Below are positions 45,761-59,071 of a DNA stretch of 64,000 nt, piece after piece. Each line of letters starts with the position of its first letter. Positions within the stretch are counted from its first letter, which is position 1. The stretch comes from Phallusia mammillata. Taxonomy: Eukaryota. The translations under genes and the position numbers were made by a program. The notes below the pieces were generated by a model that saw only the letters and a list, made by a program, of their open reading frames with translations, was not told the DNA's origin and searched no databases. The stretch spans positions 4,402,001 to 4,466,000 of the forward strand of contig OZ281495.1 in NCBI GenBank assembly GCA_965637545.1, written 5' to 3'.

Positions 45761-48673
45761 TTTTTCAAACAGAATTCTATGCATATATCGCTTCTAATTA
45801 ACTGAGGTAAAAGACTCGTTGATAAATGCTGATGACGTTGAAAAAGGCTTGGATTTATTATATATCTGCTTTCATCATATATATGTACAGTCTTCCGAGA
45901 AGCGCTGAGCTCCCAATTTGCAGGTAGTACGGCAAAAAAACGATCTTGGTCATTTCATATCACCACCGCTGCCACGAAGTTTTAGCATTACGAACAATTG
46001 CTCCACTACGTAAACTATTTTATTAGCGCAAACTAAAAGATGACACCCAATAAGGATACCATTAGCTTATTTACACTCTGTACAAAACAAAGCAATGCAA
46101 AAAGATCACATTACAGCAAATGCGTATATGGTTGTGAAAAGTAAATTGTTCAATTGATACGTTTGCATTGGGATAGGGCAGATGGAAATTCCAATATTGA
46201 CATGGAAAACAGCTTAGGACGTATAAGTTACTACAAGTGGTTGGAAGAACTTGAGGGGATTTCGGAGGCAAAAGATATTGTTGTCGACTTAACTTGTTTT
46301 CTACATGTAAACTGTTGAATTGTGTGATGTTTTCATTGCGACGTGACAGTGTTTTTTTTTTTTTTTCTATGGCAACGCCTGCCAAAGCACGATCAACGAC
46401 CTACAGTCCTTTACAATGTACACCTGTGCCAAAGTTAGAAACAACCCCATGAACGACAAAAGAACTGTAGTGTTAAAATAGTAATCGTTACCGTCCAACG
46501 CTTAGACATGCCTAATGTAATTGCTTATCCAGCTTTTGTGTGTCTGCAAACCAACGTTGTAACAACCGAGCAAAGAGGAACTACAAAATTTAACGACCAA
46601 TAAATGCGTAAATGGCGTCGGGTTTATTGGGGTTTGAAAGAAACTGACGATCATTTTATTTTTAACTGCGTCCTTTTTAACACCTGTCGACAACTCGTAA
46701 AATATGGATCACGTTTCAGATGACTTTACAAGTGCATGTGGTGTAAAACGCAGACTATTATTACTGCCATTTCAGTGGCTATGTTTTTTCAAATATTTGT
46801 CACAACCTTACCACCAATCGCTCAACATAAATTCTTATATGTATGCAACATAAAATGTAATGGAAACGAAAAATAAGATTTTAACGCAACAGCTTCTTTA
46901 CAATTTGAGCAAAATGTAGTTCAACAAGACCACAAAACAGCGCAAGCGTATATAGATGTAAGTTGTTTCGAGCAATTTGAGAAAAGGTATATTGGTATTA
47001 AACAGATAAACATTCAATATACAATCATAACATATAAAACAGCATGAAGACTTGATGTTATATACTACAAATTGTTGGAGGAGCACAGAATAATTGGGAA
47101 AAAAAAATTGTCGATACTACTTTTCTTTGATACCTAGACTGCTTTGCGGGCGCATGTTTTAGTTGTGACGTGCTGGTATCGTTTTATCACCAATGGCAAC
47201 CGCCACAAAGTAGTATCAACGTCCTGCAATTGTTTAACAAAAACTTAGAAATATTCCCTTTTGCGACAGAAACAATATAATCATCACCGTCACTCGCTGG
47301 GACACGTTTTGTGTCAATTTTATAGAGTTAGCTATTGTATGTCTATAAAGAAACACCTTAACGACCAGGCAAGCAGGAACCTGACTATCTAACATTCAAT
47401 AAAAGGTTTGATCGCTTTCTAGGGATGTGTACATTACACAAAGAAATTGACGATCATTGCATTTTTAACTACCCTTATCGAGTTGCAAAACAAGTTGCAA
47501 AATAGAGATCACGTTTCAGCGCATTCTTGCTCTGAGAAGTGTATGTGGTCAAAAAGTCATACTCTAGTCAAACCTTTCATTTGTAAACTGATTAAACTGT
47601 AAGGTAAAACCATGTATGTAGGGCTAACATGCGTGCAGCCAACGTATTTATATGTATATACATGTGAATGGAATGTTTTTCCCCGTTTTTAACTACTTTT
47701 GTTTGGCATGCGCCATAAAAAAGGAAGATTTTTAGCGGTACATAATTTCCCCACAATTTTCCTAAAAAATATCATTGTATTTAACTGTTTGGCCACAAAT
47801 CCCTTAAATTTAAAAAAATTATATGCAATAACTGCACCGAATGCTAAAAAAGATGGCGATCTATAATAATTTGGCAACAATTATCCATATATGCTGCTAT
47901 TTACAAATTTGCATTTATGAAGTTTAACCAATAGCAGCGTTTAAGTGGCATTAAGCATTAAAATCTGCTACACATCGTAAGTTATACTGTGCTAAGTAAT
48001 AATTAGGCGAAAAAGGATAAGTATGTACACAGGTGATTATTTAAAGTTTGGGACATTTTTGTTGTCATCGTCGTTGAATCTTACACGACTTCGTCTGTCT
48101 CCTGTTCACAATAAAACCTTTTTATAGTTTGCAACACATAAAACCACCAACTATTCGAAATCATTTTAGTTAACCAGTGTTGTATGAAACTTATATGCGA
48201 TAATTACTGAAGCACCTAGGTTACAAAAGTAACGAAACTTGAGTGTATGAAATAAAGTGTTCATTGAAAACAAATTTTTGTATTTAGTACAGATTTTTGG
48301 CCAGTAAATACATTTCACAATCTAATGGTCATAATTGTCTACCAATACAGTTTACGTTGTCAATGCCGTGGAAAAACTGTGCATTTCACTTACCTATTTG
48401 AGATCATAGAAGAAAGATCAGATGTTAGATGAATCTGCGTCAAGAAATATTTTAGCAATATATATGTATACATACATATATATAGTTATTTCAAAGTTAT
48501 ATCAAACTCACCCTTTGTCCTAAGATTCGGCTTCTTTTTTATGGGAGGTTTAGGTTTGCGTTTTGCGGGAACAGACTCGGCTTCACCTTTATTTAACAAA
48601 ATCAGAATTAATTTTATCTGGTCGTTTCGAAGAATAAAAAACTGCTAAATTGAATCTCCATTTCTTTACATTA

Positions 48674-48987
48674 CAGGGTGGTCAAACATGCGGCCCGCGG
48701 GCCACGTTCGGCCTTTGCAGAGTGCGGCCAGGGAAGTAACTTTTAAAAGTCGTGTTCGGAACACTCTGTCGGGCCAGTGAGTTTACATGATACAATCATT
48801 CTTGATTGGTTCATTTTACTAAACAACCTGGTCGAGTGAGTTGACTTTACTACCGCATTAAGCTCGTTTGTGTTTAATTAATGCAGTAATAGTTGGTTTG
48901 GGCAGAATTGAATCACCAAAGGGCGACCTATTTTTTGCCCCTGCGGGACGCATGTTTGGGTCGAGACCCATACTTTGAGAACCACGG
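48674..48987. mobile_element. Composite/partial hAT MITE fragments in an F intron
   Basis: Starts CAGGGTGGTCAAACATGCGGCCCGCGGGCC and ends TTTGAGAACCACGG. The ends belong to different families and no TSD was found. Confidence 0.5.
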
Positions 48988-50516
48988 TAGTAATAGGATG
49001 ATAAAATACCTGATCTTTAGATTCAGCAATAGTGATTGTTGCGTCATTGTATGCCATTGTTTTCACACAAAAGCAACAAAGCACAGTTGTTTTTTTACTA
49101 TAGTATATACAGTGTATACCTGATTTGTTATTTATTAAATGTTGTTTTTTAAAATAGTTAATGGCACTGATAATAACACTTTACTTTTAATCATGCAATG
49201 TTACTTGTTGTCGCTTTACACTGTAACACATGTTTTGATAGTACAGCCCTCGACTTACTAAAAAAATTGCTTAAAAGAGTTAAGTTGTTGGAGTTTGACA
49301 CCCCTGCTCTACAACACAAGCTACTTTACCTTGCAAAGCTGAAAAATAAACGCGTTTTCTTACCATTTGGTTTTGATTTGTGAACTTGAGCATAAACATC
49401 GTCAGAAGTATTATTCGTTTGGCAAGTGTTGTACTCTAAAACATTCATAAACACACATTTAGCACCGTTTGTGCAACTTTCCTAATTTTAAGCTTTGTCA
49501 GTGTATTCTCGTTTAATCTAAAACACTAAACTTAGTATGTATTTTCCAAAGCTGCCACTATAGCAATTGATTATTCTACCACTCACCTTTCGGAGACAAC
49601 TCTTGTGGTGTAATTCCGTGCAAAGGGATTCCAGGGATTTGATGAGATCCGTACAAGGAGTTATGTTTTTCTATTTTTTCGCCTGCAAACTCATGTGTTA
49701 CAAAGTTTTTGTTGGAAACAATGTTCTTCTCACCAGAATAGTCTGTGACATGTTTTTAAACGTGGTGTGCAAATCCTGCACGCTTACTTTTAAAACTTTC
49801 CATCGGGATTCCAAACATGAAACGATTCAGTGTAATAGAAGTTCAACTAGAGTCCTTTACTTTTACCGAACGTTAAAGCTGTTCCAAGAGGAAGTAAAAC
49901 TTAAAGAACTTGCTTGCTCGACGCGACAAACGTCATTTTTTATTGGTTTCACCACTACTAAATAACAAACCACAGGTTTCCCCTTAATTGAAAATAACAG
50001 TTACTATAACGTTACTTTGAGTCTTTTTAGACTTGTCCACTTCCGCATACAGTTCAGATGCCGGTGTAGGTGATGACGAACCATATAGTGGGTTGATACG
50101 TTCTTCCTTTACTGGTGAAAAGTATTGGCATTACCGAATTAAGCGAAATTGAGGACAGGGGTTTTGGACGTTGATCCAAGGCAACGCACAACAAAGACTT
50201 CGGCACAAAATAATCTAACGCCGTAAGCACAGCCCACACGAAAGTGTAGCTACCAAGCAAATGTATCTATATTCCGAATAACGTGACATTGTGTCCAAGT
50301 AGAAAAATAATGTACTTGTATTAATGATGTTTGTATATTAAACTTACTTCTAAGCTTTTTTCGCAAATCAACCTGAGCGTATGTTTCTCCTCTGGTTTCA
50401 GCAGCATCAGCGTTATCTGAAAATAATTAAAAACACTTCACATTCTAGATAATTTTTTGATGATTCACAAAATACCAAGCTTAACATTTTTCGAAACATT
50501 GAACAATCACCTAAAC

Positions 50517-51060
50517 CAGTGGTTCTTAAACTTTTTTGGTGAAATTTCCCACTAAAGTCAATCAACAAGTTCGAATTTCCCCCTCTTTGTTATTTTTATA
50601 TTGATGATTTGTGCTCTTCATTAACAAAACAATGTATTCTTCGATTCAAATAGTTTTGTGACGCGCTTTTGTCGGGACATTAAAAAGTGCTTTCATCAGA
50701 GAGTAAAATTGTGTGGAATATCGGAGAGTCTTCTCTGCTTGCAATACTGATTTATTGCATCACAATTAACATAAGAAAGGCATTTATTTTTCACCCAATG
50801 ACAAAGGCATTGATATTGTTAATCTTGTCTGTAGTGTAATAAATGGCCTTCAGATTTTTATGCGAAATGTGAAACTGGGTGAAATTAATCTTAGATGTTG
50901 TTGCGAGAATACTTTTGCAGTAATTTAACTTTAAACGGTTAACTTAAGGCCTGATGTGATTTGCAGGCCAGAGTTTGGTGAGCCCTGACTTGCACAATTT
51001 CCCTCTACATGCAATGAATTTCCCACTAGTGGAAAATTTCCCACCGGTTAAGAACCACTG
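50517..51060. mobile_element. hAT MITE
   Basis: TIR CAGTGGTTCTTAA / TTAAGAACCACTG; perfect TSD ACCTAAAC. Confidence 0.9.
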
Positions 51061-51232
51061 ACCTAAACTATTGAAAGCAAACCATCTTGGAAGTGACAGA
51101 TTTGTTACTAAAAAAATTAACCTACGAATGTCTTACATTCGTTGCTTCTAAGCTTTTAGGCTTGCGCCATACTAACAGAATTTTTTCGCTGGCTAAAACA
51201 AATCATAACAAATATGTTTTGAGGGCAGAAAT

Positions 51233-51970
51233 TTGGCCAAATGGCCTAAGGCACTTGACCCAACTACTGACATAAAAACAGATCAGAATTCTTCCTCGGG
51301 GTGTCCAGGGTTCGCACACAGCAAAAAAATAATAGCTTGCAACACTATCCTTCACTATTTCGTATCTGTATCGGCAAAATCACAGTACGCCAGGCCCCTT
51401 GATATGGGATCAGCACGTCACCAAGCACTCATCAAATGGCATAGGGTGTGTTAGAAAAATGTAGCCGCCGTCGGATTTAAATCCACGACAGAAGCTTTCC
51501 GGGACTCGCACAAAACCAACTGAAGTGCGCAGAGTCAATGGAGAATCCGCACAACGTTGAATCACAGGCAAATTTGCCTGCCTCGTATGCTGCACATGCC
51601 AGCTTTAAGGTAGGAGATTGCCAGATTGGCCAGTGTCAGTTAAGATGAACATAAATTCATAACTGGGATCAGTCCTGAAGCGTCTATGTAGACCAGCGAT
51701 CTCGGCACACTTATATGTAAATCACAGTACGCCAGGCCAATGAAGGCGCCATACCGAATAAGTCGGTCACCAAGCATTCACCACCATATGGCAAAGCGTA
51801 GTCTAGAAAAATCTAGCCTGCGGTGGGATTCGAACCCGCGACAGGAGTCTTTCCTAGACTCGCGCTCTACTGGCGTAGTGTGATTTATAAATGAGTGTGC
51901 TTTGATAGCAGATCTACATAAACGCCTTCAGGGCTGATCCCAGTTATAAATTTATGTTCATCTTAACTGT
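51233..51970. mobile_element. Cluster of tRNA-derived SINE pieces in both orientations
   Basis: tRNA-like head at 51233-51320 (+). Direct repeats at ~51381-51500 and 51722-51850. The minus strand GCGGGTTCGAATCCCACCGCAGG (~51816-51838) matches a tRNA-Leu T arm. A ~57-bp inverted pair lies at ~51637-51693 / 51914-51970. Confidence 0.6.
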
Positions 51971-52422
51971 ACAGAAAAACAGTGCAAAGCCCGAAATTGC
52001 TGCAAAACTAATCTGGCATATGCCGTTTAATATTTTTTTAGAATCTTACCATTTCAAATTGCCAACGAAAAATGAAGCGAAATAATCGCTGATCAGTCTG
52101 ATACACGAGTATGTTTCATACATGCTAAACGGGACAGTTCCTTTTTATTGCGTCAAAATGTAGCAAATTATTAAAAAGATCTTGCATATAAGCGAAATTG
52201 CAACATGGTTTTGATACAGGTAAAAAGTGGTTTTAAAACTTTGCAGCGAAACATATTTCGAGGTAATATAAAGCATTGGCCAGCGACAACAAAATAGTTT
52301 ACTTTTATTACTTACCTTGTTTATTACCTACCATAACGTTTTTTTTTACAAGTGACGCCAGAGAGACAGAAAAAGCAACAACAAGGCATAAATGCAGACC
52401 ACTTGCAACTTAACACATAGAG

Positions 52423-53339
52423 CAGTGGACCGGGTTTCTGTTGAACCCCAGGGGTTCGCCAACGCCGAATGAGGGGGTTGACGAGGGTCTTTTTGAAGTA
52501 CAATACAAATACCTGGACTTTAGGATCTACAATCGCTCAAAACGGTAATTTGTATTTGTCAAATATCAAACACTGGATGGTTAGACTTAGGCAGGGGTGT
52601 TTTAAACTGTTCTAAACAGTTTCTGTGGCACTAAAAACAGTACTACCTGCCTAATAACCGTATGTATCAGACTTTTTGTACGCCTATTGTGTGTCAACAA
52701 TGCGAACAAAACAGGTACCAAAAGCATCACAATATAGATTATGACACCATAAACACTTAAGACTGATCTCCTCCCTGTGCAGCTCAATGTGTGCACAGAG
52801 CTACAATCTAATCTGGGCTTTTTAAGCGCTATTAGATGGTAAATGCATGAAATAATATAAGTATTTTAAAACAAAAATAAGCAAGTAAATGGCGGCCTTT
52901 CGTGAAATAAGAATCAGCGATGTGGCCGTCCTAGCAAAATGGTTGTACACCCTTGCACTAAGGTTTTATTTATTTTGTTTGACGTAAAAAAGAGCATTAA
53001 TTGTTCGTAAGCAGAAAAACAACGAAACTTTGTTGGCAGCAAAAACTTATTACTTCATCTTTTTCATGTTTGTGTACAGATGCTAAAAATACAATGCTTC
53101 ATTTTGGTAAAAACTAAAAATTGCCGGAATTAAAGCGATCATGAAACAAGTTGTTTGTATTATCATGTCAGAATTTACCGAATTGACAAACTTTAACTTT
53201 TGCCACTTCGTTTGAACAAAAACTAATTGTAGCCCACCAAATAAAATATATTAAAATCCTAGGATAGAACTTTGGTGTTCGACCAAAGGCTGAAGAATAT
53301 CGTAGGGGTTCGGCCGGTATAAAAAGGTAAAAACCACTG
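52423..53339. mobile_element. hAT MITE containing a nested hAT MITE (52592-52955)
   Basis: Outer element CAGTGG...AACCACTG with TSD ACATAGAG/ACATAGAA. Inner element CAGGGGTGT...ACACCCTTG with TSD GACTTAGG/CACTAAGG. Confidence 0.75.
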
Positions 53340-53413
53340 ACATAGAACGTAAAAATCCGCTTAAACTGCTGGTTACAGGCGTAATAATAAGATTCGTTAT
53401 ACTAGGTTTAGAG

Positions 53414-54006
53414 CAGTGGTTCCCAACCTATCTACACTGTGGGATCTGTAAAAATGTAAGAAAATTCCACGGACCGGCAAGAAAAGATCGTAGTGAATGC
53501 AAAAGATATTTGTAAGTTTTTGTTCACCAAAGTTGTCGTTGCGCAACGTAACGCAAGCTTTAGTCATAGCCCATGTATTTAAGACGAAAAATTACGACCA
53601 AACGGAAATCAACTCAACTCAAACAACAAAACGCTAATCCATTTACATACAAAATCAATGCTGGTGGGATGTTTGCTGTTGTTTCGCTGCCAGTATGAAT
53701 CTCAAAATCTCAAAAGCAAAGAATAACTTTGTTTTCCAAAAATATGTTGACTGCTAGGCACAGTTTATGACAAAACAGTCATAAACGTCAAAAAAGCTTT
53801 ATAAACAATTTTACGGGTATCCACGGTGGAGAGCTATCCCAGTTTAACGCCAAGCGTAAAATGAGTTTTGTAGGTACCAACAACTTTGTAATAGGCCTAC
53901 TTATAATTCTATTTTTAAAAAAGTAGCTTGGCAGAAAGTAAGATAATTTGCGGACCGGCAAAATGTTTACCCGGGCCGGGACCGGTCCGCGGGTTGGGAA
54001 CCACTG
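53414..54006. mobile_element. hAT MITE
   Basis: TIR CAGTGGTTCCCAACC / GGTTGGGAACCACTG; perfect TSD GTTTAGAG. Confidence 0.92.
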
Positions 54007-54374
54007 GTTTAGAGCACTCCCACAAAAGCAAATGTTGAGCACGAAAATTTTGTAGTTAAAAACTTACCCACAGTGGCTTGCGTGTCATTATCCATGTTTT
54101 TTATTCCTCCATAGACTGGGTTAACTCGTTCCACTCTTTCAGAAGTTTGCCCTTTAACGTGTAAAATCAGTTTGCATATTTACTATGTGTGTGGGTTCAA
54201 CTTGGAAACACAAAAATTGCGTTTGTTACTGCGATTGTACATGTGAAAATTATATATGTTAATGCGCACGTTTTTTTGAATAGAGGTTATTTTATAGAAT
54301 AGGGGTGGGGTGAATTTCAATTTAGTGAGCAGATAAAGTAACAACAGGCAACAAAAGTTACAATATACTTAGAA

Positions 54375-54856
54375 CAGTGGTTCCCAACCTGGGGTTCGCG
54401 GACCCCCAAGGGGTCCGTGAGACGGTTTCAGGGGGTCCGTGGAGGCAAACATTTGTAGTAGCATTAACAACGGTACAATATTTTTAAGTTCCCAAACCGT
54501 TTTTGCAATCCTGTATATAAGTGCAAACTGTTAATCAAACCCTTGGATCAGGAAAACTTGTGATTGTTACCTCCATTGTGACATCACAACACACATTAAC
54601 AATAGAATTCTTTGTGCTTTGTTTTTAAGCATTGTACACCAGAAAATTTTATCTCTTTTAGTGCATTGACTGCTACAGTACAGAACTTTATTGAGATTAA
54701 CGGACTGTGAAGGTTGATTAAAATTCTGCCCCCAAAAACGAAAGTATAATAACGTATAATGCAAGAAGCGAAAAAAGATTAAATTACGTTGGGGGTCCGC
54801 GGACCGATAAAATTTATAAAAGGGGTCCGTGACTACTAAAAGGTTGGGAACCACTG
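54375..54856. mobile_element. hAT MITE
   Basis: TIR CAGTGGTTCCCAACCT / AGGTTGGGAACCACTG; perfect TSD ACTTAGAA. Confidence 0.92.
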
Positions 54857-57800
54857 ACTTAGAACCAAGCAAAGATTTTTGCATGCATAGTATTAAACGT
54901 AATTTGGAACACATCGACGTGCAGTTAAAACCGATAGCATGCCTTTAAAATTTACAAATAGATTATGTTGTTTTGTATAAGCAGAATCTTTCATTCCAAA
55001 TCTAGCGCTAAAATTTGTCTGTGAGAGTGACGAAAACACAATTAGAAACCTTTATTCGAACAATCTACTGTGGCATATGCATCGGGTATATCGTCTGGGA
55101 CACTTGAATTTCCATAAAGTGGGTTATCTCGTACCTCTCTTTCATTAGAAGAACCTGCACGATATCTGACAGTTTTGAATGCAGTTAGTTGAAACGAAAA
55201 AGTTGCAGTGTAAAATGCGTCACCCTCAGCGAAGCTAACGTTAACAATTGTGTTGGTTATTTTCATCACCTTTTTGTTTCGTTTGCTTTCTTCTCTTTAC
55301 AACACAAACAGCAATCAAAATAATAACAACAGCGAGCACAGCCACAATTACAACGACTACAATAACGCCAGTTTGGCTATTTCCACCGAAGTCACCATCT
55401 AAACAAACAAGTTCTGAACTTGAAAAAAATTAACAACCTTTTGAACAGCTTACTTGTTATAGTAAATGTAACTTCCAATGGATTTGGAAACTGCTCTAAT
55501 AATGTTGAATAGACTTCTAACTTGTATGTCGCTTGGTTGTTGGTGACCTGTAAGATCGTTAGGTGCTGTAAAAATTTTTAAACGATATTCCGGTACTTAA
55601 TATAGTTAATGGGTAACCAGTTGATTGAATGGAAGCTAAGTTTTTTTTTTTTTGGATTGATCCTGCTTTATTAAGTACGTTTGCTTGATGCAGCTAAAAT
55701 AAGTGCTGACGCAGATCCTTGTTTAAAATTGAGTCGAAAATATTCACCTCAGTTGATAAAATAAACCTTTGAATACATGCGTCATCAACAAATATTTGAA
55801 CAAACGTGCAATTGTCGCAGAAAATCGTGTTGCCTGGTCAGATGCAAAAAAATATTTTGAACGTATACGTTTATGCATTCAAAAATAGCTAAATACCATT
55901 TTGGGTTAACGTGTAATTTTCAGTAACTGGATTAGAAATGAAGTCCGCAAAGCACCGTCCATTTAATACATCAATCCATTCGCAAGTTGTCTTTCCTCCA
56001 ATAAATTCAGGTCCATCTAAACGCAAGGAAGGGACTAGATTCAAGATTATAACTTCAGTACACAAAACGAAAATATTTTCTCACAAGTTACGTTAACAAA
56101 GAATGTTTTTGTTGTACTGCCGAACGTATCGTTTGTATGACAAGTGTAATTTCCCGAATAAGATTGGGAAAGGTTATATAAAATTAATTCGGAATCATTA
56201 AAATTGGTGTCATCTAATGGAGTTCTCCACGTATACGTTGCTCCAATGTCAGCGGAATATGGAATTGTGCAGTTAAGAGATAAACATTTTCCCTTTTGAG
56301 TTTCCACGTACTGTACATCATCAGATTGACCTGATGAAAGTACTTTATTAAGTTCTAATGTCGTAACGGTGCTTGAATAAATTTGATATTTTTCAAACAA
56401 TGCTCGTTACCAGACCGATCAGCTACATCGATGAACAGCGTTGAACTAGTTTGGCTTCCAGCCTCGTTTTGAGCACTGCAGTTTACCAAAGCGGAATTGT
56501 TGAATGCCTGATTGAAAGCACACGATGTTTGATGGACAACACTGTTGTTGATATAAAACTGGCACGAAGCTTCAGGGTTGGCATCGGTCAAACAATACAA
56601 CGTCACATCTTGATTGGCGTTTACCAACACACCATTGCTTGTGTTAACAGCGTTACTTGAATTTCCAACAATTGCGTTTATATTGGCATGATTCCCTACA
56701 TGGTAAAAATCAACAGCATATTTAATAAAATGACGGTCTATTCTTAGAATCGTACTACAAACTTTAATTATGTTAATAAATGTTTGTTTTTAAACAAAAT
56801 GATGACGCTGTTGTGTTCTGTTGCAAACACTTGAGTCACTGCAAAACGATGTGCATATTTTTTTCTACATGTTAATTATGGATTGTAGGCTATGTAAGCA
56901 GATGGGGTTAAGTTAGGAGTGCTCTGTAAAAAAAGTGGCTAATAGCCCACAGACAAAAGGTACTTACACCAAACGTTAATACAAACGCAATCAGTGCTAT
57001 TGTCAAAAACATCTGTCGTTGAGCAATTGTAGCAACCAGCGTCGTTTGCTGATATAGATCGAATGAACAAAGATTGTTGCGCTTGGTCTAGTTGTCTGTC
57101 AGTATTTGGAACCGTCCAATGAAACGTTGTATTTAATATTGTTTGGAACTCAATGTTGCAACGTAAAGTGATGTCACAGTTTTCAAGGAAAGAAATTGAG
57201 GCATTTTGTTTGTTATTTGGCGATATGAGTGCATTTCCTGCCAAAAGACAAACACTTTGAAAGTAAACAAAAAGTGGCATAAGTTCTAACTTAACTGACT
57301 TTTTCCAGTAACGTTGAAGTAGACAGTGGTACTACTGGCTGTTCCGTACGCATTAAATGCCGAACATCCTATCTCACAGTCAGTGGTAATGTTTATTTTT
57401 TGTGTGCATTTTTCATTGCGATAAACCCCATCTGCTGTTGAAGTTGTAATAATCCAAGAACAATTTGCTGTTGGATTCGCACTATTTTTGCATGTCATGT
57501 TAATCAAAGTTGGCCAGTGAAGCAAGTATCCATGGGAAGTTTTAATCGTATCGGCATGTGAACTAACTGTGATTTTCGCATTGGTCGGTTTATCTGAAAA
57601 CGCAAGTTTTTTTTTTCAAATCCATCTGCCAATCATTTGTTGCCAGTTAAGTGTAAGTGTTTCTTAATGTTTAATTTTCTTACTTACAGTAAACCGTAAG
57701 CATAGACGTGTTTGATGTTAACGTGGCATCTGATACATTCATTAAACACCAAATATCCTGGTCGTTGTGAGCAGAATTAACTTCAAAGTTGCTGCTTACA

Positions 57801-58461
57801 ATCTGTTCAAACATAAAACATGGAGTTAGTCACAAATGAGAAACTAAAATAAGCTGCAGACAATGCATACAGTTTCGACCTATAAGGGTTCATGAGTGCA
57901 GCTGGTGAGGAGAGATCTGCCGTATTGGCTAGTGTAACCATTCAACGGCACTCTAGTTTGTTGGGAGCATCAGGGTAAAAACTAAGATACCACTTAAAAC
58001 TACGTTCATTTTTTTCCGTTGATTTAGTCTTGCGCTTAACGTGTTTAAACCGACAACGTGCTATACACCACATTTTAAGAGGGAAATAGAAACTTTTGGG
58101 CAACTTTAGGTGAAAAAACAAACTTTTAGTTCGTTAATAACCTACGTTGTTGTCCAAGTAATAGTTGACATCGGTTTCAAATTCGCTTGAATTTCCTTTT
58201 AACAAGCATCGTAAATCAGTTATGTTGGATTCAACATAAAAGGGTTGAACATCTAAAACAACTAAAATATAAAGCAAATTGAAACTTTGTAATCAGTTAA
58301 AATTCAATTTGTTTGAAGTCGTGTGAAAAGGGCCAGTAATTACAATACTTTATTGCATGATTAATCCTGTTTAATAGCAACTGCAGTTGTTAAATCATGT
58401 ATAAAAAACGCAACCGCTTTGGTGGTGCTTGCCTACTTTAATTTAATTGTATCTCCTATGT

Positions 58462-58970
58462 CAGGGCTACTCAATTAGTTTTGTGAAAGGTCCAGATAGA
58501 AAAGGTAAAAATACTAAAGGTCCGGACACTTTCGTCAGTAATGCAACATGTATCAGCCAACTTTGGTTATTGGCAATGGGGAAAATCGTGATACAAAATT
58601 AACACTTTTCTTCAAGCCAAATGTTTCTGTCAGTAAAACAAAAAGCTTAAATTGGGCACTGACCATAAACTAAGTTTTAGCACGACGACAAACAAAATAC
58701 AGTTTATCTAGTTTTGCAGAATTACTTCCTAAGGTAATAATTCAAAATTCAGTTATTGCGTCATAGATACAATTGTGCGCAAACAATCGCCGTTTCGGTA
58801 ATAGTGTATTGGAGTTTGGAAACACTTCAGGCTCCTCGCAGTACTTTGAGAATCGGACTCGAGTTAACTGTCGCTACATAGCAACGATCATGAAATTAAA
58901 AGACCGTCGAGGTCCAAAAACGCCCCAAAGGTCCGGATTTGGCCCGCGGGCCGCCATTTGAGTAGCCCTG
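58462..58970. mobile_element. hAT MITE between the truncated 5' ends of F and G
   Basis: Perfect 13-bp TIR CAGGGCTACTCAA / TTGAGTAGCCCTG; perfect TSD TCCTATGT. Confidence 0.92.
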
Positions 58971-59071
58971 TCCTATGTGTTGACATTATCTATCTTCTGG
59001 GGTTCGAAATGATTATAGTCGGTTATTTTTTTGTCAACAACTTGGGCTATAAATTGCGTTATTTTTTTTAG

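Larger units (their letters stand above)
48418..58252 (-). pseudogene. Gene F: large-family Ig receptor of the B subtype; body fully open (786 codons) but signal, N-domain and CCP exons are missing
   Basis: Eighteen in-phase exons: 58146-58252, 57688-57802, 57300-57593, 56968-57237, 56411-56695, 56085-56330, 55897-56016, 55748-55833, 55454-55547, 55270-55398 (TM), 55050-55154, 54068-54151, 50348-50416, 50016-50111, 49587-49682, 49364-49435, 48512-48586, 48418-48434. The 115- and 294-nt exons equal those of B. The tail has NPLY, NPVY, NPLY, NSLY, YAxV x4 and ends SSNI*. No upstream coding exon was found in the window. Confidence 0.8.

Noticed and set aside
46071-46385. Protein-like fragments on either strand (e.g. 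+ LIRLHWDRADG...KWLEELEGISEAKDIV)
   Set aside because: They are flanked by stops, with no supporting exons or recognisable family; a translated search would be needed.
51813-51870. Functional tRNA gene on the minus strand
   Set aside because: Only the T arm/B box matches; the 5' half and acceptor stem are absent.
52312-52410. Hydrophobic minus-strand stretch ending in GTAAG as a displaced signal exon for F
   Set aside because: An in-frame stop follows the nearest ATG, and it lies downstream of the F ectodomain exons.
58462-58970. The MITE as the direct cause of the F/G deletion
   Set aside because: Both TSD copies are intact, so the breakpoint is not at its ends.
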